Positions 50,094 through 60,644 of a stretch of DNA of 64,000 nucleotides are shown one piece after another; position 1 is the first letter of the stretch; each line of letters begins with the position of its first letter. The DNA is from Iphione sp. A-MEVVRFRX5 (lineage: Eukaryota), in contig OZ320313.1 of the NCBI GenBank assembly GCA_976226885.1, positions 106,640,001 through 106,704,000 on the forward strand. The letters are read 5' to 3'. The notes under the pieces were generated by a model. The model did not search any database. It worked only from the letters and a program-made list of their open reading frames with translations, and was not told where the DNA came from. The translations under genes were made by a program, and so were the position numbers.

Positions 50094-51763
50094 CTGCAAA
50101 GCAAAGACCCAAACTGTCAAAAACGTGTGAAAATCACTGGTGTTATACACAGGACAATCACTGACAACATGCCATCTGCAAAAATCCTGAATCCATAGAT
50201 GGCAGGCAGAGGGACTGACATCAGTCCTTCCTGCACCAATCACTAACACTGGGCCGGATGGTCGATACCAATAACAAAGAGCATCTATTTGTAGGCCCTT
50301 TGCCAATAGTCTTGCGGGAGATGGGGGCCGGGATGTGGCAAAAGGGGGATTCTCAGTGATGGAAACAAAAGAGAATCTCTACCATGAGCTGGTCTTGAAT
50401 GCAAGGACATTATTTGCAAAGCACGAGCTCTGAAATTGGCATCGTTTGACGCGCATGACGTAAGCTGGGCAACACCCGTGAGACAAAATAATCGCAATAA
50501 CACACAATTCCGATATGTAACTCTATTAATGAATCCTCTGAGAACAAAACCTCTTTATAACGAACTTAGCCATCTCTGTAGAATATGTGGCCTTAGCTCA
50601 CTTTTCAACGAACCGGTTTGTGAAAAAGAAACGCTGGAAAGGAAACTGAATAACCAATATATATATATATATATATATATCGTTGTATAAAGACAAATGA
50701 TTTTTTTAAAGGTAAGTATCAAGGTGAATATGTTGTAAATGCCTCCATAAACAGTATGATTCTGATAACGAAGTTTCCCACAGCGAAATTCTAAGGAACA
50801 CATCTATTGCGAGTTTTCAGTTTCCGTGTCTCTGTCTTTCTGTTCTTACTCCCCCACGTCTCTTACTCCCGACTAACCTGTCATTATCTGCCAAGCACTG
50901 GGAGCTATAGACCACCAGACACCGTTGCCTGTATGGAACTGAAGAAACAACTCCCGACGTACCTACCTATTCAACAAGCAAGTGGCACGTGCATTGCAAT
51001 CAAACGTTCGGACACGTGCTCAGGATACAAAAAGCAATCATACATTTCCTGCTGTATAGGGTATGTGGCGTGTAGAATGCAAGAGGGAAAAAGAGGGTCC
51101 TAAAGTAGGTATCTTTATCCTTGGTAAAGTTATGTCCCTTCTTTGCTCTGCCCCTCTACCTAATATCACTTCTCACTTCTCATCTTATCTGTCTGTCAGG
51201 GCGCATAGTTTTTCCTTTGTCCATCCTATCTTCTCTGTGCGCTCCAAATTAACGCCCGGCCCATTCTGACGAGGGAGTTGGATTAGACTTCTACATGTAA
51301 ATGAAAATATAGGGAAACAACAATGATGGGTTCTACTAAGGCAGGTTAAGAGGCAGCTGCACTGCAGTTTTAAAGCAGAACTGTTGATACTGCAAACCAA
51401 CATATCTAGGGAGGAGGTGGGGAGTAGGGGGACTGAGAGACAGCCAGAAGGATAAGCGCACTGATTCCTAGAGATCCAGGCAAATTTACTTCAAGAGACG
51501 CGAAAAGCAAGTCAAAGGTGCACGCAAAAAGGCATTAACAGAGCAGAAGGAGACACTGATACTTCTAATTTGGTATTCTCATTAAAAGTTTAGCTTTACG
51601 TAATAAAGTCAGGGTCCCTTCACCTCCATTACATATACTAAACATAGCTTCAGAATATACTTCGGTATAACACATGTGTCTGCATTTTCCTCTTCCGTAT
51701 TTAATTTTGTTGTTACTGCTTTCAAATTCTTCCCATGAAAACGACCAGCAGGATCGGACTTAC

Positions 51764-51953
51764 TGGGACTAGCGTCTCTGTCCTTGACCTTGCAATCATC
51801 GACCTTGTCCTCATTGACTTTGACGCTCTTGTAGGTAACCTTAACCTTCTTCTCTTCACTGCTAGGGGGTGTAGAGCTCAGTTTTTGGTAGTAGTTGCGA
51901 CACTTGTGTTTGGAGGACAGGCAAAGGTCAAGGCCACACAGGCGCAAACCTTG
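51764..51953 (-). CDS. aPKC: 3' part of a candidate alternative first coding exon of aPKC (QGLRLCG...KDRDASP), split by the Ngaro insertion
   Basis: Open frame ending in a phase-1 gtaagt donor (51763-51758) compatible with the 50093 acceptor; in frame with ATG GCG AGG CTC on the far side of the element. Confidence 0.65.
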
Positions 51954-52635
51954 TATCACTCTAAACGACATCCCGCAATGATCATAACATAGAACAAACA
52001 ACAGATAAGAAATACAATGGCAGACATAGTTTAATTCTGAATAACATGGGAATAACCTCTTGAGGCAGATGTGAGAAAACCTTATGTACTAATGTCTCTA
52101 GAGACAGCGATGTACAATCAATGGACATAGAGTAAACAAACAATCTGGAAATGTGAAGATAATCACAATGGCAATGCCACAAGACCTAGCATACAAATCA
52201 TAGGGTTACAGAGGAAAAAGATAATAAACGATATACATATGAGCCCTTGGGTGGGCGGGCGTGGTAATCAAAGCAGCGAATGCTGAACTGGTCTAATCTA
52301 AATATAGCGCCAAGGCGCCTAGCTAATCAACAGAGGGCATCGCGGTCTGCGAATCGTAATACCTTGCAATCCCCTAGGGAGTAGCTTACATATCACTCTA
52401 AACGACATCCCGCAATGATCATAACATAGAACAAACAACAGATAAGAAATACAATGGCAGACATAGTTTAATTCTGAATAACATGGGAATAACCTCTTGA
52501 GGCAGATGTGAGAAAACCTTATGTACTAATGTCTCTAGAGACAGCGATGTACAATCAATGGACATAGAGTAAACAAACAATCTGGAAATGTGAAGATAAT
52601 CACAATGGCAATGCCACCATTGAGCCAAGGGCTAG

Positions 52636-53553
52636 TTACGCCTCCGAGAGGAGGGACTTGATCTTTTTGGATGCTTTCTTGCTCGAAATAGAGGAGCTAG
52701 TGTACATGAGAGATGAAGGGAGAGCCTTCCAAGTACCCTGGGACATAATTTGTGTATCAGAGGCGTCTGCCTCCTGGAGGGCCTGTGCACCTCCCCGTCT
52801 AAAGCTGTGGAGACTATAAGCTTGGGGGGCCTCACCCAGGTGAGATAGTATTGACCTGAGAACCTTAGTGAGCCTTTGGGCAGGGAATGGAGCCTTATAC
52901 ACTGGGTCGGTGAATAAGGGCTGTAGATGGTTATGAGTTGGAATGATGGAATACATATGCTGGATGAGTGTGACAGGGCAGATAGGAGTGCCCAGACGTG
53001 GGATATGAATGGTGCGGGAGTCGGACAATTTAATGGTCTTGGACCACTTGAGAACTATGCTTAGTCCATCAGAGGAGAAGGCAATGTCGCCTCTGGTGAG
53101 TTGCTTGAACGGATCAAATGCAGATGATGATTTGGCGCATATATTGCTCTGGCGGACTAGTGAAAAGAAAAGAAAAGAGAAAATGGACTTCAATACAGTA
53201 CCCAGGGGGCCCAGGGCGTTGCAATATGCCACTATCCTAGCCAATAGGGGGGAGGTGATGGGGGCTTTCTGAATCGGAATGTGTGAGGAGGTGAGCCTAA
53301 CTGCCTTTAAGGCATTAGCAACCTTAGGTGAGCGTATGGCGACAACATTGAAATCACACTGATTGAGTAGAAAAGTGAGAGATGAAATGTACTGTGAAAT
53401 AACTGAGGGTGTGTAGGAAAGATATACCAGATACTCAATGAACACCAGGATGTGGTATACTTGGAGATGCTTGATATCCATAGCGTAGTGGTGGAAGAAG
53501 GCTATGGCGAGGGCGGCCTGTTGCATTCTCCTGGAGTTGGTTCTGGGCGTCAC
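52636..53553 (-). CDS. Tyrosine recombinase (ORF3)
   Basis: Catalytic set FFSLVRQSN (R), WSKT (K), HSFRRGG (HxxR), GTWK (W), SLMY (Y). Frame is open upstream to 53667; first ATG at 53526. Confidence 0.93.
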   Translation of the reverse strand: MTPRTNSRRMQQAALAIAFFHHYAMDIKHLQVYHILVFIEYLVYLSYTPSVISQYISSLTFLLNQCDFNVVAIRSPKVANALKAVRLTSSHIPIQKAPITSPLLARIVAYCNALGPLGTVLKSIFSFLFFSLVRQSNICAKSSSAFDPFKQLTRGDIAFSSDGLSIVLKWSKTIKLSDSRTIHIPRLGTPICPVTLIQHMYSIIPTHNHLQPLFTDPVYKAPFPAQRLTKVLRSILSHLGEAPQAYSLHSFRRGGAQALQEADASDTQIMSQGTWKALPSSLMYTSSSISSKKASKKIKSLLSEA

Positions 53554-53612
53554 CGACTGAAACTGCCTATGGTGGGCGTTGGTGAGCCAGGATGCTATAT
53601 TCGGGTCTGTAA

Positions 53613-55556
53613 TCAGAATGAGGATATATGTGATACCAGAGAGGGAGGGACTGCGAGCCTGTGTAAATTAGTATGGTCATTAAGAAAGCGCTTGACTATA
53701 GACCGGTATTTTGGAGACGTGGGGAGTCTTGAGAGTGCATCGGCTATAATCATCTTTTCTCCTGGTAAGTGGGTGAATGCTAGGGAAACGTTGAAGCGTG
53801 CAGCCCTATACCAGACTGCACGCAGGACCTTAGATAAGAAGGGGTCCCTGGTCTTACCAGAACTTAGGACAGAGATTGTAGCTGAATTATCACAGATCAA
53901 CTCTATTCTCTTGTTTCGGGTCTCAGGGCCTATGAATAGATGAACGGCGACGGCGGTATTAAATGCTTCTAGCTGAGAAATTGGTAACTTGGAGAGAAGA
54001 GGGGGAATGGGCTCTGTATAGTAGAAAGATGAGTTGTAGGCCCCCATGCCTACAAGGCAAGCGTCACAGAAAATAACATCAGAGATGATCGGGGGAGGAA
54101 TGAGACGAATACCATTAAAGTGAGGGAGGTAGGTGAGAAACCAGGAAAGGTCCTTCTTCACAGAAGGGGTAAGGAGGACTGAATCAGACTTGGATGCTGA
54201 GGTCGCTCTGAGCTGTTCAAGGAGAGAGTTTATGAAAAATCTGGCCGGAGGGGAGCATTTGACTATATGATTAATGAGACCTATCAGGCTCTGTGCTTGT
54301 CTAAGAGAAATGTGAGATTGATGTATGACTTCGGATATGGCAGTTAATAACTGAGTGATTTTGGAATGGGGAATAGACATGGTGCGATGAACGGTGTCAA
54401 AGGTCACTCCAAGCCAGGTTAGAGTATGAGAAGGGTGAACGCATTTCTCGTGGGCTAACTGCAGCCCCAAGTTGGAGATGAAGAGCTGTGCATAGGAGAA
54501 GGCAGATGATAGTTGTTGTCTGGAGCTAGATATGAATACATAGTCATCTAAATAAGCATAGATGGAAACGTCTGGAAAAAGAGTAGATATATGGTTGACT
54601 ATTGCAGTAGAAAGCTCTTGGAGGAGTAGAGACGAGTATCGTGTGCCGAAAGGGAGTGAAATGTCTAAATAGAATTTGTGGTTGAAATTGAAGGGGAGCA
54701 AGGGCCAGTCCAGGGGGTCAACTGGGAAGTATCTATAGGCTCTTTTGAGGTCAAGTGAAGCTAGAGATAGATCAGTGGTAGAGGAAGAAATGAGCTTAGC
54801 TACGTCATGGGTAGTTGGGAGGGAAACTTTAAGTGGGATGGAGAAATAATCATGTCTGGGAATACCTGCATTCACTTGTGAGTGAGACAAGTCAAAAATG
54901 ACCCTCCTGTCACTTGAATCCTTCTTGGACCTAGTCATGATTGGATTTAGGATCTTGGGGTCTGAAAATGGATGATCGTCGAACGGTCCACATATAGCCC
55001 CGGCGGCGAGTTCTGTACATAGGTATTTAGTGATATGCTTGGTATCTAATGGGTTAACGGGGTAAGGTCGTATTGGGGCTGGTAGAGATGAATGAGCATA
55101 ACCTAATGGGAAGCCATAAGTGAGAAAATCGGACAAGATAACACCTTTGTGTCCTAAGGGACTCAGAAATGAATACCAATTCTGCAAGTTTAACTGAGAC
55201 GGTAATATGACTCTGGCTTCCATGAAGTTAGGGAGGCCAGTACATCTTATAGATAAATATGTATTAGAAAGGTCATTTGGCAATTGTGGTCCGGGAAGTG
55301 GCCAGTTGAATATCCTGTGTGAAATCATTTGATAGTGAGACCTGGAAAAAAATGAATGTTCATTAGAAATGGAGCGATGCAGTTCAATGGCTAACAAGTC
55401 GTAGGGATCTGGCTCGATGAAGTCGTCTTGGCAATTCACCAGTCCTGGGTCTCCTGGCGTTGTTGGCGCTGGTCTTTCGGTTGACTTGCGGTCCAAGGCC
55501 TGGTCTGCTGGCGATCTTGTGAGGTCTGCTGCTGGGCCCTTTTCTTTGACCTGCAC
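53613..55556 (-). CDS. Reverse transcriptase / RNase H (ORF2)
   Basis: RRVIFDLS, SLDLKRAYR, LPFG, AYLDDY, LTWLG; RNase H FCDAC, QLEAF, CDNS, ADALSR. Listed start is GTG; frame opens after TAA at 55583-55581. Confidence 0.95.
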   Translation of the reverse strand: MQVKEKGPAADLTRSPADQALDRKSTERPAPTTPGDPGLVNCQDDFIEPDPYDLLAIELHRSISNEHSFFSRSHYQMISHRIFNWPLPGPQLPNDLSNTYLSIRCTGLPNFMEARVILPSQLNLQNWYSFLSPLGHKGVILSDFLTYGFPLGYAHSSLPAPIRPYPVNPLDTKHITKYLCTELAAGAICGPFDDHPFSDPKILNPIMTRSKKDSSDRRVIFDLSHSQVNAGIPRHDYFSIPLKVSLPTTHDVAKLISSSTTDLSLASLDLKRAYRYFPVDPLDWPLLPFNFNHKFYLDISLPFGTRYSSLLLQELSTAIVNHISTLFPDVSIYAYLDDYVFISSSRQQLSSAFSYAQLFISNLGLQLAHEKCVHPSHTLTWLGVTFDTVHRTMSIPHSKITQLLTAISEVIHQSHISLRQAQSLIGLINHIVKCSPPARFFINSLLEQLRATSASKSDSVLLTPSVKKDLSWFLTYLPHFNGIRLIPPPIISDVIFCDACLVGMGAYNSSFYYTEPIPPLLSKLPISQLEAFNTAVAVHLFIGPETRNKRIELICDNSATISVLSSGKTRDPFLSKVLRAVWYRAARFNVSLAFTHLPGEKMIIADALSRLPTSPKYRSIVKRFLNDHTNLHRLAVPPSLVSHISSF

Positions 55557-56413
55557 TGGTCCAGCTTGTGTTCGAGCTGTTTATTGTGGAGTAGAAGACA
55601 AAATGGGCATATATGAGAAAAATGCACATCATTTGCTGCATGAGGAGAGTTTTCAGTACACTTGCCTCCGAACCATTGGGGGCATGGAACAGTAGTGTCT
55701 TTCTGAAGGCCCAGTGTGTCCCGAGTAGCCCTAGTGTGAGCATTAATACATCGTTGTTTGATTGACTCGATCCTGGCTGTATCAGACCAAGAGAGTCGAT
55801 CGTTCCCAGTTAAATGCCATATCTCGACAAGCCATTCCCTGACAGGGGCCCAGCCACTTGCCTGGACCTCCTCGGATGTGTCTCTGATATGGGCAACAAG
55901 AGTCAGAATGTCAGCTGGGTAAACAATCGATGGGTCTAAGAGCATGCCCATTATGGACGATACGTATTGAGGAAAGGTGAATTTCCTCAAGTCGGGCTTA
56001 TCAGTCTCTGGAAATACCACATAGGAAGCTGGATTTGGCCGTGCCATTTTCTTACCTACTGTCTCGAGAGCAGCTGGGTACATGTGTGTGAAGATCTCCT
56101 GGATCTTGGAGGCGGCCTCTGTCTTCAGAGCAGCTGGTTGTGGTGGAGGTGTAGCTTCGTCTGCATTGCCGTCGTCATCGGGTGTGCTTGAGCCGGCGGT
56201 CGAGGTGGAGGGTGCGTCAGCCATTTTAGCTGCCGCTGCACGTGTGGTGACCGTTGGAGCTGGATTTTTCTTGGACTTCTTGGACTCCTTGGGCTCCTTA
56301 GGCTCCTTTGGCTCCAGTCTGTCCAAGCGTTCTTCAATGGCTTTCATTTTATCCAGCATTTTGATCAGCAGGTCACCCTCTTCCTCGGTAATACCTTTAT
56401 GGGTCTCCGGCAT
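55436..56413 (-). CDS. ORF1 (gag-like) with C-terminal Cys/His cluster
   Basis: ATG in good context (accATGc) just after repeat A1; CPQWFGGKC...HICPFC...H...C; overlaps ORF2 by 121 bp. Confidence 0.85.
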   Translation of the reverse strand: MPETHKGITEEEGDLLIKMLDKMKAIEERLDRLEPKEPKEPKESKKSKKNPAPTVTTRAAAAKMADAPSTSTAGSSTPDDDGNADEATPPPQPAALKTEAASKIQEIFTHMYPAALETVGKKMARPNPASYVVFPETDKPDLRKFTFPQYVSSIMGMLLDPSIVYPADILTLVAHIRDTSEEVQASGWAPVREWLVEIWHLTGNDRLSWSDTARIESIKQRCINAHTRATRDTLGLQKDTTVPCPQWFGGKCTENSPHAANDVHFSHICPFCLLLHNKQLEHKLDQCRSKKRAQQQTSQDRQQTRPWTASQPKDQRQQRQETQDW

Positions 56414-56568
56414 GGTAGCTACTTACACGTCTGACCCGAGCGAAATCAAAGCAGCGAATGCTGAACTGGTCTAATCTAAATATAGCGCCAAGGCGCCTAG
56501 CTAATCAACAGAGGGCATCGCGGTCTGCGAATCGTAATACCTTGCAATCCCCTAGGGAGTAGCTTACA

Positions 56569-56580
56569 GAGCCTCGCCAT
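56569..56580 (-). CDS. aPKC: 5' part (MARL) of the candidate alternative aPKC first exon
   Basis: accATGG Kozak context; in-frame upstream TGA at 56628-56626; joins codon-exactly to 51953 when the element is removed. Confidence 0.6.
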
Positions 56581-59344
56581 GGTTACACACTTGGGGTTAA
56601 ACGATTCTGAGCGTCCGACGCTGATTCAGCGTTCCACCACGCAGTGTCTCCAGGATTGCCAACAAATATGCTATTATCACGATGAAGATTGATTTATCCG
56701 ACAAGATATAGATAGCATTCTCTGTCAATATATGTTGTGACTGAGTCCTCTCTGAGTGAGAGATGCAGATCCTTCGGCCGGTTAGATCAGGTCAATTAAC
56801 CAGCGCAGGTTCTGTCATTGCTGCTGTACAAGGCTTGAGTTTAGATAAAGAGAACTCTTTATCTTTACAGATCTATGGACGTTCGCTATATTGTGGGCGG
56901 TGTCTTACTAAGGATATGACAAAATATATTCTCACCGTAGATGGACATGTACTGAAGTATTAAATGTCTTATATTGAGCGATATCAGACATCCATGTTAT
57001 TCCTTGGCTCATATGCCGCTGACCTGAAGGAATACGACAAACCGTATCACCGGCAGTCAGAACATCACAGACGATCCCAAATGATAGGTGAATCATACAG
57101 AAGACGACTAGTCAGAAGACTGGATATAATTATCAACGCAGTTTGACTTCTGAACTGGACGTTGTCACACTGGACAATCTTACGAAGTGATGAAAGACGA
57201 CGATCAACTTAGCGTGTCGGATTAAAGTAATTGGAATAATGTCAGGAAATGGGATGAATAGCCATCGATCACCAGAACTAACGTACATGTGTCCAACTTA
57301 TGCTTCTTCCAAGATACAGCACATCTTCAACAGTCAATCACAGTCAACTTCCATGAGAAAAATAATCACAGTTATTCCACAGCTGCATGGTTAGGGTGCA
57401 TACCTATGTACTTCATCCACTGATCAGCCCCTGGTGTTTGCGATAACGACGTGCTTTATTGTTGTGTGAGAGGTACTATTTCCCCCGAAGATCGTCCAGT
57501 CCTGGAGGTGGCATTATAGTTCGTGGTCCAACACGGGAGCCTTTGGGACGGTGGTGACCTGCACGCCTGCGGTGTGAGAAACCGCCTGGTTCAAATCCTC
57601 TTTCCGATGTTTCTTAGTGCCCATCCTTTCCAGCAGCCAATAACGCGAGGAGGGTGCAGCAGCAGCTGCTCCAGCCTGGACTCTGCTGGGATGACTAAGA
57701 CCCGACAGGCTGGGCAGATCATGCAAACACGCGTGGAAATAAACCTGCTGGGAGGGAAGCAGGCGGCGAGGTAAGGTAGCTTCAGTGAGTGCATGTGAAT
57801 CATATCAGTGTATCCCAGACTTCAAGCAAGGCGATATTGACTAGTACACTCAGGCGACGTCACTCTTGGTCGCTACTGCACTGCTGCAGTAGATGTCTGG
57901 ATCACAGATGTACACCTTGTATTAGAGCCGGCTGGTCTAGTGTAGTGCGGGTACAGTCCTCAGGGAGGCATCCTGCAGACTGGCGGGCAGTAAGGTACTC
58001 TAACTCCTCTCCTACTGCAACAGTTGGACTGACTCTATACATCCCTTACATATGGAAATACATTATTTCAGTCAGGAGGTAAAGGTACACATGAACATTA
58101 CATGCACTATGTAGACTATTGTAGATTGTGTACTGCTGCTCTGCGCTTAGTACACAGATGCTACATATAGTCAACGTTCTTCATATCTGTATGTGGAGGT
58201 TATGGCATCGTCGACGCATCAATTATGATGAATGCAGGTAGTCGACACTTGACTTTGCAAAAAGTGTCCCGCATTAGAGGGTATCAGCAATATTCACAGT
58301 GTATCCGTGTAAATTCTCCGTCAGATAGTCGGATACACATATCCCCACACACGCACACACACATATATATACCTATACAACAAGCTTTCACCGAGTGCGA
58401 GAATCAAATTCCTGTTGGTGCGTTGGGAACCGACCAAAATGCCACTCTCTTCTCGTAGCTACTTACAAGCACGGATTACAATGACTGGTTCCCCCAATGA
58501 TGGTTCACGGTGGGCGGGGGCCTTCTTGCAGCCGAGACCGCTGCCAGGAAAGCCCCTCGTGTGCATCGAGGCTGAACGCCTAGGGCCCAATCGGTGGGGT
58601 ATCCATTTGTCACCTCCTCGACCTGGCTGACCTCCTTCTACAAGAAAGATCTCACTTTCTCACCTGATCGGGTGTCCACTTCGGTGATTCGCCTGCGAGA
58701 AAATTCCCCGAGTCAAAATCCTCCATGCATGGCTTCCACACCATAAATGATCTACATACCAGTACTTTCATACTGCTGTATGTAAGTCTTCTCTCAGTAA
58801 TGTCGGGAGATTTAGGGCCTCTCCAGTGTGTGTGCATGTACTTGGTGGTGTTCGTTATAATGATAATAATGCAAAGGTTTCGTACACGGAGAAGGTGGTT
58901 CCTGCGACCAGTGAGTCAGTCACGTCCACGGGGCTGATGTAGGCTGACAACCGTCAACACTTATCACCACACACCACCGCTGCATGAGTATTTTGTTCCT
59001 GTCGCCGCCAACGACAAGTCACCTGCGTCTCGCGCCATCTGGACGAGACTTCATATAAGACGCGCAGTAACGTAACGCACGTCGGTGACGTCAGTGCGTC
59101 CAATTGTACTTCCTATCTTTCTGGGGGCTGCTTCTATAAGTCCCGCTTGGAATGACCAATCCTGAAGAAAACGGCCGACATAATCTGCATTCTAAACGTA
59201 TGTAGAACCAAAGAATGTACGATACATTGATATTAACGACCATATTCTCTTCCCTTTCTGGTCTGTCCTGTTCCTGCATCTGGTCTATTTCCCTCCTTGT
59301 GCATTATTTCTTTCTCTTTAAAAGGAGGTCGGATACCACACAAG

Positions 59345-59492
59345 NNNNNNNNNNNNNNNNNNNNNNNNNNNNNNNNNNNNNNNNNNNNNNNNNNNNNNNN
59401 NNNNNNNNNNNNNNNNNNNNNNNNNNNNNNNNNNNNNNNNNNNNNNNNNNNNNNNNNNNNNNNNNNNNNNNNNNNNNNNNNNNNNNNNNNNN
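59345..59492. other. Assembly gap (N run)
   Basis: Run of N. Confidence 0.99.
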
Positions 59493-60572
59493 GTGGGCTG
59501 CAGCACAGTGTGTCACTGCGGATTCTTGCCTGGCAGAATACTGGCGCCAGGTGGAGAGCAGCTTCAGAAAGATAATGTCGGCAAGACTGGGAGGTGAGCA
59601 GAAGTGTGAGTGAGTGTACGTGTGTGTTTGTATGCGTGCGCACGTGCGTTGTTTGCGGAGGGTCCGAATGAGTAAAGTGTATATGAGTACACGCGCGTTT
59701 CCATTCGTTTGGCAGTATGCTGAATCTGTGTAAGAACTAACTTCATCTCTCTTCATTTACCATGAGTGACGGTCACCTTAGTCCCAATATACATGTACAT
59801 ATTTTTATGCTTAAAAGATATTATAAAAACTGATGGCGGGAAATAACTGTTTTAAATGAAACTCTGTTGTGCATATAACTGATAGTAAATCATCAAAGTA
59901 CGCTTCAGATCTGACTGCATTCTGTTGTATAAAAAAAAGGTTAACTAGCAGGGTATGAATGATACAGAGAACACGGAGAGCATTTGGAGAACGATATGGC
60001 AATAACCTATGGTATTTTCTGCGTCTCGCCAAAGTGACGCATCATTACAGAAGAACGAAACGTTCCATTCATACGAGACATCGCGAGATGTGGCTAAAAC
60101 CAAGCATTGGGTAAAAATATAAAGCAGCCAGTCAACGTCTGTTTCCGATTAAGAGTACTTCCACCAGTTTCTAGAGAGTTTTGGCAAGGCCAGAACATCT
60201 CTTCGAATTCTTGCGTGAGACATACATTTCTGTGAGTAATATGTTGCCACTATCTAGAGCGAGGAATGACAAGGCGTGGGGGATGACTCAAACCATGTGT
60301 ATGACTTGGGACGTCCTCCGATATTCTACCCGTTCCTAACCACGATGTGTATACAGTGTGTATGTGTGTGTCCTTTATTTCCTGCTCTCTTCAGTACAGA
60401 TAAACGTAATATCACGTTCGACCTTTTTCCACACCAAGTTATAATTACCCTTCATGCTTATTTAGGTGACACTAGGAAGTGGAGTGGTTATCCTCTGACC
60501 ACCAACAGGTGACTAATCAGACTTCTGCCCCCCTGTACACCCACTCTCTCCACTCTCTCATACACACGCACA

Positions 60573-60574
<2 letters not shown>

Positions 60575-60638
<64 letters not shown>
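60575..60638. repeat. (CT)n microsatellite
   Basis: Visible run. Confidence 0.97.

Positions 60639-60644
<6 letters not shown>

Larger units (their letters stand above)
51954..56568 (-). mobile_element. Ngaro-type (DIRS order) tyrosine-recombinase retrotransposon, apparently intact
   Basis: Split direct repeats A1 (56568-56444) - ORF1 - ORF2 - ORF3 - B1 (52617-52391) - A2 (52390-52266) - 85-bp spacer - B2 (52180-51954). A copies (125 bp) and B copies (227 bp) are identical by eye. No TSD. No methyltransferase domain after RNase H. Confidence 0.93.

Noticed and set aside
59215-59756. ORFs spanning the N gaps (also 21651-21896)
   Set aside because: Open only because N codons are untranslated.
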